NCBI GenBank assembly: GCA_022711395.1
Contig: JAKLFA010000002.1
Location: forward strand, 131,864 to 195,863
DNA from: Candidatus Omnitrophota bacterium
GTDB lineage: Bacteria > Omnitrophota > Gorgyraeia > Zapsychrales > JANLHA01
Reading direction: 5' to 3'
DNA length: 64,000 bases
The notes beneath the pieces are model-generated. The model saw nothing but the letters and a program-made list of their open reading frames with translations, was not told where the DNA came from and did not search any database. The stretch's first letter is position 1. Every line of letters starts with the position of its first letter. The translations under genes were made by a program, and so were the position numbers. Shown one piece after another: positions 8,292 to 17,813 of this stretch.

Positions 8292-9277
8292 CTCCTTTTT
8301 CCCCGCGCGGGGCTGGGGTTTAGGTCCGGCGAATGGAAAGCGAAACCCGCGATCATCGCCGCGTTATCCATGCAGTAGGCCAGCGGCGGAATGTGCAAAG
8401 CGATGCCGTTGTTCCGGCAGGCGTTCTGCAGTTCAGAACGGAGGCCTGAGTTCGCCGCCACCCCTCCTCCGATCAGCAGCGTCCTGATCTGTTCCGTCTG
8501 GCAGGCCTGGATGCTTTTCTGGACCAGGATGTCGACGACGCTTTTTTGAAAAGCGCCAGCGACCCGGGCCTTGTCCAGGTCCTGCTTATGGCGCTGGACA
8601 TGATAAAGGACCGCGGTTTTTGTCCCGCTGAAACTGAAATCGAACGTTCCCTCAAGTCTTGCCGGTGTGAAGCGGAGGTTCTTGATATCTCCCGCTTCTT
8701 TGGCCAGCTTATCGATGATCGGACCGCCGGGATAGCCCAGGTCCATGATCCGGGCGACCTTATCAAAGGCCTCTCCGGCGGCATCATCCCGGGTCTGACC
8801 GAGGTGCTCAAAACGCGAAAGACGCTCGATCTTAAAAAGGCTTGTGTGGCCTCCGGAGACGATCAGCCCGATCGCCGGAAGCTGCGGGGCCGGTTCACGT
8901 GAAGACGGCTCCTTTAAAAAATTGGCGTATAAATGGGCCTGGATATGGTCAACTTCAATAAGCGGCTTGTTCAAAGCGAAGCTTAATGCCTTGGTAAAAG
9001 ACAGCCCGACCAAAAGCGATCCCAGGAGCCCCGGATGCCGCGTGACGGCGAAGGCGTCGATATCATCCAGACCGGTCCCGGCTTCAGCCAGGGCTTTTTT
9101 GACCACGGAGTTGATGAACTCCAGCTGCTTGCGTGAGGCGATCTCCGGGATCACCCCGCCGTAGGCCTCATGGTCGCGGACGCTTGAGGCGATCGCATTG
9201 GAAAGGACCGAACGGCCGTCTCTAACGACCGCGGCGCCTGTCTCGTCGCACGAAGTCTCTATGCCTAAAATGTTCAT
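8288..9277 (-). CDS. tsaD: tRNA N6-adenosine threonylcarbamoyltransferase TsaD
   Basis: Starts MNILGIETSCDETGAAVV and contains GGVAANSGLR. ATG at 9275-9277 preceded by an AGGA ribosome-binding site. The longer track ORF beginning at 9316 is a frame extension. Confidence 0.85.
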   Translation of the reverse strand: MNILGIETSCDETGAAVVRDGRSVLSNAIASSVRDHEAYGGVIPEIASRKQLEFINSVVKKALAEAGTGLDDIDAFAVTRHPGLLGSLLVGLSFTKALSFALNKPLIEVDHIQAHLYANFLKEPSSREPAPQLPAIGLIVSGGHTSLFKIERLSRFEHLGQTRDDAAGEAFDKVARIMDLGYPGGPIIDKLAKEAGDIKNLRFTPARLEGTFDFSFSGTKTAVLYHVQRHKQDLDKARVAGAFQKSVVDILVQKSIQACQTEQIRTLLIGGGVAANSGLRSELQNACRNNGIALHIPPLAYCMDNAAMIAGFAFHSPDLNPSPARGKRR

Positions 9278-9291
9278 GGTGGTCCTATAAT

Positions 9292-9396
9292 TCAGTGGCA
9301 AACATATTGTGTGCACGCGATGGAATGGCTGCTTATCAACAGCTCAGTGGAAGCAGCCCTTACATCGCACGATGTTTCAATCCCTAAGATATTCAT
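9292..9396 (-). other. 34-codon upstream ORF whose first 11 codons duplicate the tsaD start (MNILGIETSCD) with synonymous-only differences
   Basis: Upstream copy: ATG AAT ATC TTA GGG ATT GAA ACA TCG TGC GAT. tsaD: ATG AAC ATT TTA GGC ATA GAG ACT TCG TGC GAC. Seven third-position differences, none changing an amino acid. The upstream ORF stops at TGA (9292-9294), 14 nt before the tsaD ATG. Confidence 0.6.
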
Positions 9397-9410
9397 CAGT
9401 GTTGTCCAAA

Positions 9411-10769
9411 TTACGATGCCGGTTTTGCTTCCTCAGTCTTTGCTTCCGGTTTAACGACTTCCCCCGGCTGGGAAAGGGTTTTATAGACCCGGATGCCTTT
9501 GATCACGTTGATCGCGCTCTGGACCTGGTTGTCATCCAGCAGCTTTTGTCGGCGTTCCTTTTCAGCCTGCGTCAGTTTGGTCATCGCGGGGTCTTCGGAT
9601 TTTTCCTGTTCGACTTTATTAAAAAGCTCGTCTATGTCTTTCTCTGAGGTTTTTTCTTCCGTTGCTTCGGGTTTGGCGATTGGTTCCACCACGATGTCCG
9701 GGGTGATGCCTGTCCCGTGGATCGAGACGCCGGATGGTGTGAAGTATTTGCTGGTCGTAAGCCGTAAGCCCGAACCGTCGGGAAGCGGAATGACCGACTG
9801 GACAGAACCCTTTCCGAACGATTGTGTCCCCAGAATAACGGCCCGTTTATTGTCCTTAAGAGCCCCAGCAAGGATCTCGCTGCCTGACGCGCTTCCTTTA
9901 TTGATGAGGACCACCACCGGCCAGTCCAGGACCTTGTGATTGGTCGTCCGGGCGATGCTTTCCTCGTTCTGCGAGGGGCGGCGCCCTTTGGTGGAAACGA
10001 TCAGCGCGCCCTGCGGCAGAAAATCTTCCGTGATCTCGATGGCGACGTTCAAAAGCCCTCCGGGATTGTTGCGAAGATCAAGGATCAGGCTGTTGGCATC
10101 TTCTTTTTTGAGCTTTTCCAACGCCTTGTGGAACTCTTCGGCGGAATTTTCCCGGAATTCGGTCAGTCGGATATATCCGACCTGATCGGTCAGGATCTGA
10201 ACATCCTTCACGTCCTGGATCTGGATCACTTCACGTTTGATCGTAAAATCCAGGATCTTGAATTCGTCCTCCCGTAAGATCGTGATGTTGATCTCAGTTC
10301 CCGGATCGCCGCGCAACTTTTTGACGGCATCGCTCAGGGTGATGTCCCGGGTCAGCTCGTCCTCGATCTTCACGATGCGGTCCCCGGCCTTGATCCCCGC
10401 CTTCCAGGCGGGGGTATCTTCGATCGGAGAAATGACGGTCAAAAGCCCGTCTTTAATGGAGATCTCGATCCCCAGGCCGCCGAACTTGCCTTGGGTCTCG
10501 GTCTTCAGCTCCGAATATTCTTCTGCATCCATGAACTGGCTGTGAGCGTCGAGTGATGAGAGCATCCCGCGCAAAGAGCCGTAGATCAGGTCCTGCGGTG
10601 TTTTTTCATCGACATATTCCGTCTGGATCGTTGTCAAAGCGTAGGTGAACAGTTCGATCTGCGAATAGATATCCGCGGCCGCGGTCTTCGCGATCTGTGA
10701 GAACGCGATCGTTGTCAGGGCCAGAAAAACGAACCCCACGGCCAGGATAGTTACCAATCTCTTACGCAT
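9411..10769 (-). CDS. ctpA: C-terminal processing peptidase (S41, tail-specific protease) with a PDZ domain
   Basis: PDZ-like GGLGIEISIKDGLLTVISPIEDTPAWKAGIKAGDRIVKIED. S41 core NKGSASGSEILAGALKDNKRAVILGTQSFGKGSVQ. Confidence 0.8.
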   Translation of the reverse strand: MRKRLVTILAVGFVFLALTTIAFSQIAKTAAADIYSQIELFTYALTTIQTEYVDEKTPQDLIYGSLRGMLSSLDAHSQFMDAEEYSELKTETQGKFGGLGIEISIKDGLLTVISPIEDTPAWKAGIKAGDRIVKIEDELTRDITLSDAVKKLRGDPGTEINITILREDEFKILDFTIKREVIQIQDVKDVQILTDQVGYIRLTEFRENSAEEFHKALEKLKKEDANSLILDLRNNPGGLLNVAIEITEDFLPQGALIVSTKGRRPSQNEESIARTTNHKVLDWPVVVLINKGSASGSEILAGALKDNKRAVILGTQSFGKGSVQSVIPLPDGSGLRLTTSKYFTPSGVSIHGTGITPDIVVEPIAKPEATEEKTSEKDIDELFNKVEQEKSEDPAMTKLTQAEKERRQKLLDDNQVQSAINVIKGIRVYKTLSQPGEVVKPEAKTEEAKPAS

Positions 10770-12216
10770 TGAAAAGCCTCCTTTGTATGATATCTTTTAT
10801 CTTTTTCGGATTTCCCTTTCCCTGGGATTTTTTCATGGCCTGCCCTATCAAAAATCCGACAGCGCCATGATTTCCGTTCTTGATCTGGGTCACGACATCA
10901 GCGTGTTCTTTCAGTGTTTCATCGGCGATGGACTCCAGCAGCGCGTCATCCGAGACCTGTGACAGGCCGCTTTTTTCAATGAGGTCTTCGACGGTCTTTG
11001 AACCATCTTCCAAAAGCGTGATGAGGATATCTTTGCCGGCGAGGTTGGAAAGGTCTCCGTTCTCGACCTTTTCCACCAGAAGGACGAACTGCTCTGGTTT
11101 CAGGCTGAGGTCTTTCACTGAACAGCGCCGGTCCTTGAGTTCTTTTAAGAGCGGCCCGATGATCCAGTTGGCGATCTTCTTTATTTTGCCGGAATGCTTG
11201 GCGCAGTGTTCAAAAAAATCGGCCAGGTGGCGGTCCTGGACAATGATCGTGGCATCATAATCGGACAATCCGTAATCTTTCTGAAGGCGTTGGCATTTGG
11301 CCTGCGGGTTCTCGGGAAGAGTCAAGCGGATGCGCTCGATCTCGGCATCTTCCACGATGAACGGGACCAGGTCCGGCTCGGGGAAGTAACGGTAATCGTG
11401 AGCTTCCTCTTTGGTGCGCATGGTGAAGGTCGCCTGTTTATCTTCGTTCCAAAGGCGTGTTTCCTGGACGATCGTTCCTCCGGTCGCCAGGACCCGGAAC
11501 TGGCGCATTTCCTCAAATTCAAGCGCGGCCTTAACGGCCTTGAAAGAGTTCATGTTCTTCAGTTCGGTCTTGGTGCCAAGCCTGGTTTCGCCTGCCCGGC
11601 GCAAAGAAATATTCGCGTCGCAGCGCAGGCTCCCTTTTTCCATGTCGCAGTCCGAGACATCCAAATATTGAAGGGCCAACTTGAGCGCTGTTAAGTAATC
11701 ATAAGCTTCCTGCGGAGAACGCAGGTCCGGTTCCGTGACGATCTCCATCAAAGGGGTCCCAGTGCGGTTGTAATCCACGAGGCTGCAGCCTTCCGCGTTA
11801 TCATGGATCAACTTTCCGGCGTCTTCTTCGATGTGCGCCCGGTGGATGCGGATCCGTTTGGGATTTCCGTTGACCAGGATATCCAGATACCCATCGTGGC
11901 CGATCGGGAAATCAAATTGTGAGATCTGATAGCCCTTTGGAAGATCGGGGTAGTAATAATTTTTCCGGTCGAATTTGATGTAGGAGTTGACCGTGCAGTT
12001 CAAGGCCAGGGCTGTTTTGATCGCGGAATCCAGGGCGGATTTATTCAAGACCGGCAGGGTCCCCGGAAGCCCCAAACAGACCGGGCAGACACAGGTATTG
12101 GGCTCTTTGCCGAAGGCGTTCTCGCAGCCGCAGAAGATCTTTGTGCGGGTGCTGAATTGCAGGTGGACCTCCAGCCCGATCACGGTCTCAAAATCTTTTT
12201 GTGTCAATATGCTCAT
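10762..12216 (-). CDS. gatB: Asp-tRNA(Asn)/Glu-tRNA(Gln) amidotransferase subunit B
   Basis: N-terminus FETVIGLEVHLQ. 484 aa. Overlaps gatA in a gatCAB operon. Confidence 0.9.
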   Translation of the reverse strand: MSILTQKDFETVIGLEVHLQFSTRTKIFCGCENAFGKEPNTCVCPVCLGLPGTLPVLNKSALDSAIKTALALNCTVNSYIKFDRKNYYYPDLPKGYQISQFDFPIGHDGYLDILVNGNPKRIRIHRAHIEEDAGKLIHDNAEGCSLVDYNRTGTPLMEIVTEPDLRSPQEAYDYLTALKLALQYLDVSDCDMEKGSLRCDANISLRRAGETRLGTKTELKNMNSFKAVKAALEFEEMRQFRVLATGGTIVQETRLWNEDKQATFTMRTKEEAHDYRYFPEPDLVPFIVEDAEIERIRLTLPENPQAKCQRLQKDYGLSDYDATIIVQDRHLADFFEHCAKHSGKIKKIANWIIGPLLKELKDRRCSVKDLSLKPEQFVLLVEKVENGDLSNLAGKDILITLLEDGSKTVEDLIEKSGLSQVSDDALLESIADETLKEHADVVTQIKNGNHGAVGFLIGQAMKKSQGKGNPKKIKDIIQRRLFNA

Positions 12217-13658
12217 AAACCGCCAGCCTTCAAGGACGGGCGCTCTTTATGCCAGCCCGTGTTTTGTTCATAGGTATACGCGATGCGGAACAGCATCTCT
12301 TCGGCGAACGGTTTCGCGCAGATCTGAAATCCGATCGGCAGCCCTGATTTCGAAAATCCGCAAGGGACGGACATGGCGGGGATGCCGCTTAGGTTCGCCG
12401 AGATGGTGAAAATATCCGATAGATACATGGAAACAGGATCGTTGAGCTTCTCTCCGATCTTAAAGGCGGTCGTGGGCGTCGTGGGCGTCAGGATCGCGTC
12501 GCAATGCTCAAAGGCCGTGTCAAAATCCCGACGGATCAAAGTCCTGACCTTTTGGCCGCGCAGATAATACGCATCATAATAACCGGAAGAAAGAACGTAG
12601 GTCCCCAGCATGACCCGTCTCTTCGCTTCCCGGCCGAAACCCCGGTCGCGGGTCTCTTCATACATGTCAACGATCGCGCTTTTGCGCGGTTTTTGCGGCT
12701 GGACACGAAGCCCGAAGCGCACGCCGTCAAAGCGCGCGAGGTTGGAGCTGGCTTCCGCCGGAGCGATGATGTAATACGTGCTGACCGCGTATTCCGTATG
12801 CGGAAGCGAAACTTCGATAAAACGGGCGCCTTTATTTTTAAGAACAGAGATCGCCCCTTCCAGGGCTTCTTTGACCTCTGTGGAAATACCTTCAATGAAA
12901 TATTCTTTGGGAATGCCGATGGTGAGCCCTTTGCAGTCATTGATCAGGGCCCGTGTATAGTCAGGCACAGGGACCTCGGCGGATGTGGAATCCATCGTAT
13001 CATGCCCGGCAATGATGTTCATCAGAAGCGCGGAATCCGTGACATCTTTGGTCAAGGGCCCGATCTGGTCCAAACTTGATGCGAAGGCGATCAGGCCATA
13101 ACGGGAAACGCGGCCGTATGTCGGCTTCAATCCTACGACTCCGCAGAATGCGGCGGGCTGCCGGATCGAGCCTCCGGTGTCAGAACCCAGGGCCCATATG
13201 GCCTCCCCTGCGGCCACTGCCGCGGCGGATCCTCCGCTTGATCCTCCCGGAACGCAGCTGGTATCCCATGGGTTTCGGGTCGGGCCGTAGCAGGATGTTT
13301 CGGTGGATGAGCCAAAGGCGAACTCATCCATGTTGGTGTGCCCTAGGATCGGGATCCCGGCGGACCTCAGTTTTTGAATGACCGTCGCGTCATAGGGAGC
13401 GATATAATTTTTGAGGATCTTTGAAGAACAGGTCGTTTCCCAGCCTTCGATGTTGATGTTATCTTTGATCGAGACTGGGATCGGGACCTTTGCATCAGGC
13501 GCGGCTTCGGTCGATCGGGCGGTCCGCACATAGGCGTTTACCGTGCCGTCAAAGGTCTTGATAGCGGTCAACAAAGACGAAAAGATCTCCCCAACAGAGG
13601 TCTTTCCCTGTTTGAGGAGATCAAGAAGTTCATGGGCAGTGCAGGTATTTAAGTTCAT
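12213..13658 (-). CDS. gatA: Glutamyl-tRNA(Gln) amidotransferase subunit A
   Basis: Amidase signature GGSSGGSAAAVAAGE. 481 aa. Confidence 0.9.
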   Translation of the reverse strand: MNLNTCTAHELLDLLKQGKTSVGEIFSSLLTAIKTFDGTVNAYVRTARSTEAAPDAKVPIPVSIKDNINIEGWETTCSSKILKNYIAPYDATVIQKLRSAGIPILGHTNMDEFAFGSSTETSCYGPTRNPWDTSCVPGGSSGGSAAAVAAGEAIWALGSDTGGSIRQPAAFCGVVGLKPTYGRVSRYGLIAFASSLDQIGPLTKDVTDSALLMNIIAGHDTMDSTSAEVPVPDYTRALINDCKGLTIGIPKEYFIEGISTEVKEALEGAISVLKNKGARFIEVSLPHTEYAVSTYYIIAPAEASSNLARFDGVRFGLRVQPQKPRKSAIVDMYEETRDRGFGREAKRRVMLGTYVLSSGYYDAYYLRGQKVRTLIRRDFDTAFEHCDAILTPTTPTTAFKIGEKLNDPVSMYLSDIFTISANLSGIPAMSVPCGFSKSGLPIGFQICAKPFAEEMLFRIAYTYEQNTGWHKERPSLKAGGL

Positions 13659-13669
13659 ACAGCGTCGAT

Positions 13670-13957
13670 CTAGTTATCCACGATCTGCGGGACCTTAAAC
13701 GCCCCTTTTGCTTTGGAAATCGCGAATGATAAGGCCTTTTCCTGGGTCAATGACGGTTTTATGGAATCGTCACGGTATACGTTTTTCAGCGGAAGCACGT
13801 GACTGGTCGGTTTGATGTCTGTCACATCTAGTTTTTGAAGCTGAGCGATGTAATCAAGAATGGAACTGAGGTCCTCAGCCATCGGTTTGAGTTCTTCCTC
13901 CGCCAGGCTCATGCGGGCCAGGGCGGAAATATACTGGAGGTCGGTGTTTGTTATCAT
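13670..13957 (-). CDS. gatC: Glu-tRNA(Gln) amidotransferase subunit C
   Basis: MITNTDLQYISALARMSLAEEELKPMAEDLSSILDYIAQLQ. The true start is an internal Met of the longer track ORF. Confidence 0.8.
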   Translation of the reverse strand: MITNTDLQYISALARMSLAEEELKPMAEDLSSILDYIAQLQKLDVTDIKPTSHVLPLKNVYRDDSIKPSLTQEKALSFAISKAKGAFKVPQIVDN

Positions 13958-14027
13958 AATATTAAAATAAATACATATAAATTTAGAACATATATTAACA
14001 TTGGCAGGGGTTGATGACAAGGGCAAA

Positions 14028-14408
14028 CTACGCGAATTGTCTGCGCACGTCTTCCGGGATCGGCATGGGACGGAACTGTTCATTCACGCAAACCAGCGTG
14101 ACCTTCGCCTCGACCAAGACCAATCCGGTCTGAGCGTTCTTGACCTGCTGAAGGAAGGTGATCGTGGCCTTTGACAGATCAATGACCTGCGCGCCGCACT
14201 CGATCTCATCCGCGAAACGGGCGGGTTTTTTGTACTGGATGGAACATTCTTTGACCGGATAGAACAGAACCTTTCCGTTATGCTCGGTCACGCTCAGGCC
14301 CCGTTGAGTAAAGAACTCGATCCGGGCTTCTTCCATGAATTTCAGGTAATTGGCGTAATAGACCACTCCGCCGGCATCGGTGTCATGATAGTAAATCCTT
14401 CGCTTCAT
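14028..14408 (-). CDS. Acyl-CoA thioesterase of the YbgC/4HBT hotdog family
   Basis: MKRRIYYHDTDAGGVVYYANYLKFMEEARIEF is the hotdog thioesterase motif. The start could also be the upstream Met at 14462. Confidence 0.7.
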   Translation of the reverse strand: MKRRIYYHDTDAGGVVYYANYLKFMEEARIEFFTQRGLSVTEHNGKVLFYPVKECSIQYKKPARFADEIECGAQVIDLSKATITFLQQVKNAQTGLVLVEAKVTLVCVNEQFRPMPIPEDVRRQFA

Positions 14409-14493
14409 TTGGAGATCCCTTCGTATGGTTACCATTGTGTCCATTGCAGGTGTTTTTGTCAAGCCAAGTTGATGAAAATTTTCTTCTCAGCCC

Positions 14494-14522
14494 TTGAAAA
14501 TAAAACTATTAAATGCTATATT
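14494..14522 (+). promoter_or_regulatory. Near-consensus sigma70 promoter: TTGAAA, 17-nt spacer, TATATT
   Basis: -35 at 14494-14499. Spacer 17 nt. -10 at 14517-14522. The predicted transcription start, near 14529, is the first base of the hairpin below. Confidence 0.5.
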
Positions 14523-14528
14523 TATTTC

Positions 14529-14573
14529 AGCCACGGAACTTTTCATTCGTGAAAAGTGATGTGGCTTTTTTTA
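14529..14573 (+). terminator. Intrinsic terminator or attenuator: two-tier hairpin with a UUCG tetraloop followed by a seven-U tract, 40 nt upstream of the PilZ gene start
   Basis: Outer stem agccac/gtggct. Inner stem acttttca/tgaaaagt. Loop ttcg. Then ttttttt. No plus-strand gene lies upstream. Confidence 0.6.
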
Positions 14574-14613
14574 TGTGTTGTTGATCGTCACACTCTAAGG
14601 GGGGGAAGAGAAC

Positions 14614-15024
14614 ATGGATGAGAACATTTTTCAAAAAAGACGTTTGTCGCGTTCCTTTCTTGGTCATGAGAAGCGTTACCTTCCACGTTGGTATGTCGCC
14701 AACACCGCTGAATACGCGCTGGACGCCAGCTCTCCCCTTCGCAGCTGCAAGACGGTCGATATCAGCTGTTCGGGGGCGTGTTTGAACGTTTCCGAGATCC
14801 TGATGCCTGGACAGCCCTTGAATATGACGATCCATTTGGATGAGGAACGACAGGTCAATGTCCATGGCAAGGTGGTCTGGAACAAGATCTCAGAAGATCA
14901 ACGCCTGGCAGGCATTGAATTTTTCGAGATCGAACCGGAGGATCAGGAACTGATCCTGGACTACGCCTTTGAGATCAGTCCGGATGATCTTGTCCAGCAT
15001 TGGTTCGAAGGCTGGGAGAAATAA
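14614..15024 (+). CDS. Stand-alone PilZ-domain protein (c-di-GMP receptor)
   Basis: RRLSRSF (RxxxR motif) and DISCSGA (D-x-S-x-x-G motif). 136 aa. Ribosome-binding site AAGGGGGGGA. The only plus-strand CDS in the window. Confidence 0.75.
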   Translation: MDENIFQKRRLSRSFLGHEKRYLPRWYVANTAEYALDASSPLRSCKTVDISCSGACLNVSEILMPGQPLNMTIHLDEERQVNVHGKVVWNKISEDQRLAGIEFFEIEPEDQELILDYAFEISPDDLVQHWFEGWEK

Positions 15025-15043
15025 TCCGTCCGCGTTAGACAGT

Positions 15044-15856
15044 TTATTTTTTTGCTTTTTCCCGCGTTTTTGCCAACCAATTTGTCAGTTGAACATAATC
15101 CGAAATACTAATTTGATCCGCTCGCAATTGAGGGTCGATCCGGCAATCGCTAAAAATGGCATGAGTCTCTTCTTTTTTGAGCACGGAACCTAGAGAGTTG
15201 GCGATCTTTTTTCGGCGGTTTTGGAAGGCTGCTCGGGTGACCGTAAACAGCAGTTCCTCATCCAAAGCCCGCGGTTCGGGCTGGCGGAATGTGAATTTCA
15301 GAAAACATGATGAAACTTTTGGGACCGGTGAAAAAGCGGTGTTTGGAATTTTGAAGAGGATCTTCAGGTCCGCGAAATATTGGATCAGACAGGTTAACGC
15401 CCCATAGTCTTTGCTGAACGGCTCGGCCGTTAGCCGTTGGCCGAATTCCAATTGGGTCATGAGGAAAACGTCAGAAACGCCGGCGCGGTTCTTGATGAGC
15501 CACTCGATGATGGGGGTTGAGATGTTGTAAGGGATATTGCCAAAGATCTTGGTAGCGCCAGCAAGGTCTGAGGCGCTCAGCGTGAGGATGTCCGCCTCGA
15601 TGATCCGTAATTGATCCGTTTGGAGGTCGTTGCGGGAATGCAGGGCTTTAATGAGGCCGGGATCTTTTTCAACTGCGATGATACGGGCTCCCCGCTCAAT
15701 GAGCGGCCGTGTCATGGCCCCCGGTCCTGCGCCGATCTCAAGGATCGTGTCTTTTGCGGAAGGCTCAACGGCATCCAGGATCCGCGTAATGATGCGCGGA
15801 TTCACAAGAAAATTTTGGCCGAGGTGTTTTTTGGCGGAAGGGCGTGCTTTTGTCAT
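15044..15856 (-). CDS. rsmA: 16S rRNA (adenine1518/1519-N6)-dimethyltransferase
   Basis: HLGQNFLVNPRII and ILEIGAGPGAMT. 270 aa. Confidence 0.9.
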   Translation of the reverse strand: MTKARPSAKKHLGQNFLVNPRIITRILDAVEPSAKDTILEIGAGPGAMTRPLIERGARIIAVEKDPGLIKALHSRNDLQTDQLRIIEADILTLSASDLAGATKIFGNIPYNISTPIIEWLIKNRAGVSDVFLMTQLEFGQRLTAEPFSKDYGALTCLIQYFADLKILFKIPNTAFSPVPKVSSCFLKFTFRQPEPRALDEELLFTVTRAAFQNRRKKIANSLGSVLKKEETHAIFSDCRIDPQLRADQISISDYVQLTNWLAKTREKAKK

Positions 15857-16863
15857 GAGGAGGATCGCCTGCTTAAAAGTTGTTTTGTGGTCAAGTCTGC
15901 CGCCATGATGATCGCCTCTGTCATGGACGAGGCGTCCGCCCTGTTTTTTCCAGCGATATCGAAGGCGGTGCCGTGCGCCGTGGATGTCCGGATGAACGGC
16001 AGGCCGATCGTCAGGTTGACCAGTTGCGTAAAATAAAGCGCTTTGATCGGCGTCAGGCCCTGGTCATGGTACATCGCAATGATCAGGTCATAGGATTTGG
16101 CGTTCGATGGGATAAAAAGCGTGTCGGCCGCGAAGGGGCCTTCGGCCATGATCCCGTTCTGCTTCGCTGCTTGTATAGCGGGAATGACCGTTTCCTGTTC
16201 TTCCAAACCCAGTTTTCCCCCCTCGCCTGCGTGCGGATTCAGGCCGCAGACAGCGATCCTCGGTTGTGGGATCTTAAAAAGCGTCCGCAAGGTCCGGTCA
16301 CAGAGCTCGATGCTTTTGAGGACTTTCTCCCGGGTGATCCCTTTTGGGACATCTTTTAGGGGGACGTGACGGGTGACGATGATCGTTTTAAAAGGCCCTC
16401 CGGCAAACATCATTTCAAAATCCTTGATTCCGAACGCATCAGCCAAAACTTCAGTATGCCCCGGGAAGTGTTCTCCTGAAAGCATGATCGCTTCCTTGCT
16501 GACAGGGGCTGTGACCAGGCCATCGACCGTGCCGGAACGTAAAAGATCAATGGCTTTTCGCAAATAGGCGTAGGCCGCTTTTCCGCAGGCCGCATTGGTC
16601 TTGCCGATCTGCAACTGAGAAGGGTCGATCATCCGCATATCGAGAAATTCGATATTTTCAGCAAGCTCTCCCCCGTCACGCATGTAGACAGAATGGTCGC
16701 CAATGATGACAAAATCCGCCAGGGTCCGGATGCGTTCTGATCGTAAAGCTTTTACGGTGATCTCCGCTCCGATGCCTGCAGGGTCCCCCAGGGTGATGCC
16801 GAGTTTTGGTCTGATAGCGTGGTGTCGTATCATCGATCGTTCCTTAAGGTTGCTTGATCTCAA
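15853..16863 (-). CDS. pdxA: 4-hydroxythreonine-4-phosphate dehydrogenase
   Basis: GITLGDPAGIGAEI...GHTEVLAD...HGTAFDIAGK. The start may be the internal Met at 16833. Confidence 0.85.
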   Translation of the reverse strand: MRSSNLKERSMIRHHAIRPKLGITLGDPAGIGAEITVKALRSERIRTLADFVIIGDHSVYMRDGGELAENIEFLDMRMIDPSQLQIGKTNAACGKAAYAYLRKAIDLLRSGTVDGLVTAPVSKEAIMLSGEHFPGHTEVLADAFGIKDFEMMFAGGPFKTIIVTRHVPLKDVPKGITREKVLKSIELCDRTLRTLFKIPQPRIAVCGLNPHAGEGGKLGLEEQETVIPAIQAAKQNGIMAEGPFAADTLFIPSNAKSYDLIIAMYHDQGLTPIKALYFTQLVNLTIGLPFIRTSTAHGTAFDIAGKNRADASSMTEAIIMAADLTTKQLLSRRSSS

Positions 16864-17797
16864 TGTATGCTTTTTTCCGTTCTTTGTCTATCCAGCGCTG
16901 CAGTTCTTCCTTGAATTTGGTGCTTAGAAGGAAGTTCGATATTTGATTTTTAACATCGTCAAGGGGGGCAGTTTCTTTTTCGGTCTTGCCCAGCATTTTC
17001 ACGATGAATATCCCTTTTTCAGATTCGATAGGATCAGAGACCTGGTTGATATCGAGTTTGAACAGTTCTTTTTCAAGGTCAGGAAGAAGTTCCCCTTTCG
17101 CGATAGTGCCCAAAGAGGGCAAAGTCGAGAATTCGTTGGCCACGCTGCGGAAGTTCTCGCCGCTCTTAACGCGCTCGGAGGCCTGCTCGGCTTTAAGCTG
17201 GGCGGAGGATCGGTCCTCTCCTTCATATGGGATAAAGATCGAATCAAGATTGATGCGTTCCGGTTTGGTAAAATCCAGGATATGATCATGATAATATTGC
17301 GTTACTTCTTGAGGCGTCACGAAAATCTTGGCCTTGATCTCCTGTTCTAGAAAATATTTAGTGATGAGCTGATTGGAGATCTGCTGGCGCAGGTCAGTGA
17401 TGGAAAGGCCATCCTTGGCCAGGGCGCTTAGAAACACGGCTTCGGAAGGATATTTGGCCTGGATCTCGGTCAGACGTCCAGTGACCGCGGCGGGTTTCGC
17501 CTCATAACCCTTGGCCTTTGCCGCGCTGAGGATCAGGCGGTCATCGATCAGACGTTCAATCCCGTTTTCCTCCAGGTCTTTGGCTGCGGACTGGAGTTCT
17601 TTTTCAGACACAATACTCGTTTCGAGCTGTTTATAGGATGCGATAAGAAAATTTTTCAGGTCTTTGAGAGTGATAATGTCTTCATTGACGACCGCGATGA
17701 TGGCATCCTCCAAGGCCAGGGCTGGTCCGCAAAAGGCTGGCATCAGGCCGAAGATCAGGAATGCGAACATGAACATGATCGAACAAAATTTTTTCAT
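16844..17797 (-). CDS. surA: SurA-like periplasmic chaperone and parvulin-type peptidyl-prolyl isomerase
   Basis: Signal peptide, SurA N-terminal region, parvulin core GENFRSVANEFS...GELL...SDPIESEKGIFIVK. The surA-pdxA-rsmA order matches the enterobacterial operon. Confidence 0.7.
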   Translation of the reverse strand: MKKFCSIMFMFAFLIFGLMPAFCGPALALEDAIIAVVNEDIITLKDLKNFLIASYKQLETSIVSEKELQSAAKDLEENGIERLIDDRLILSAAKAKGYEAKPAAVTGRLTEIQAKYPSEAVFLSALAKDGLSITDLRQQISNQLITKYFLEQEIKAKIFVTPQEVTQYYHDHILDFTKPERINLDSIFIPYEGEDRSSAQLKAEQASERVKSGENFRSVANEFSTLPSLGTIAKGELLPDLEKELFKLDINQVSDPIESEKGIFIVKMLGKTEKETAPLDDVKNQISNFLLSTKFKEELQRWIDKERKKAYIEIKQP

Positions 17798-17813
17798 TGC
17801 GCAGGGTTCTCCT

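Noticed and set aside
14463-14613. A c-di-GMP riboswitch upstream of the PilZ gene
   Set aside because: The 150-nt region contains only one simple terminator-like hairpin. It shows no paired P2/P3 helices or tetraloop-receptor features of GEMM riboswitches.
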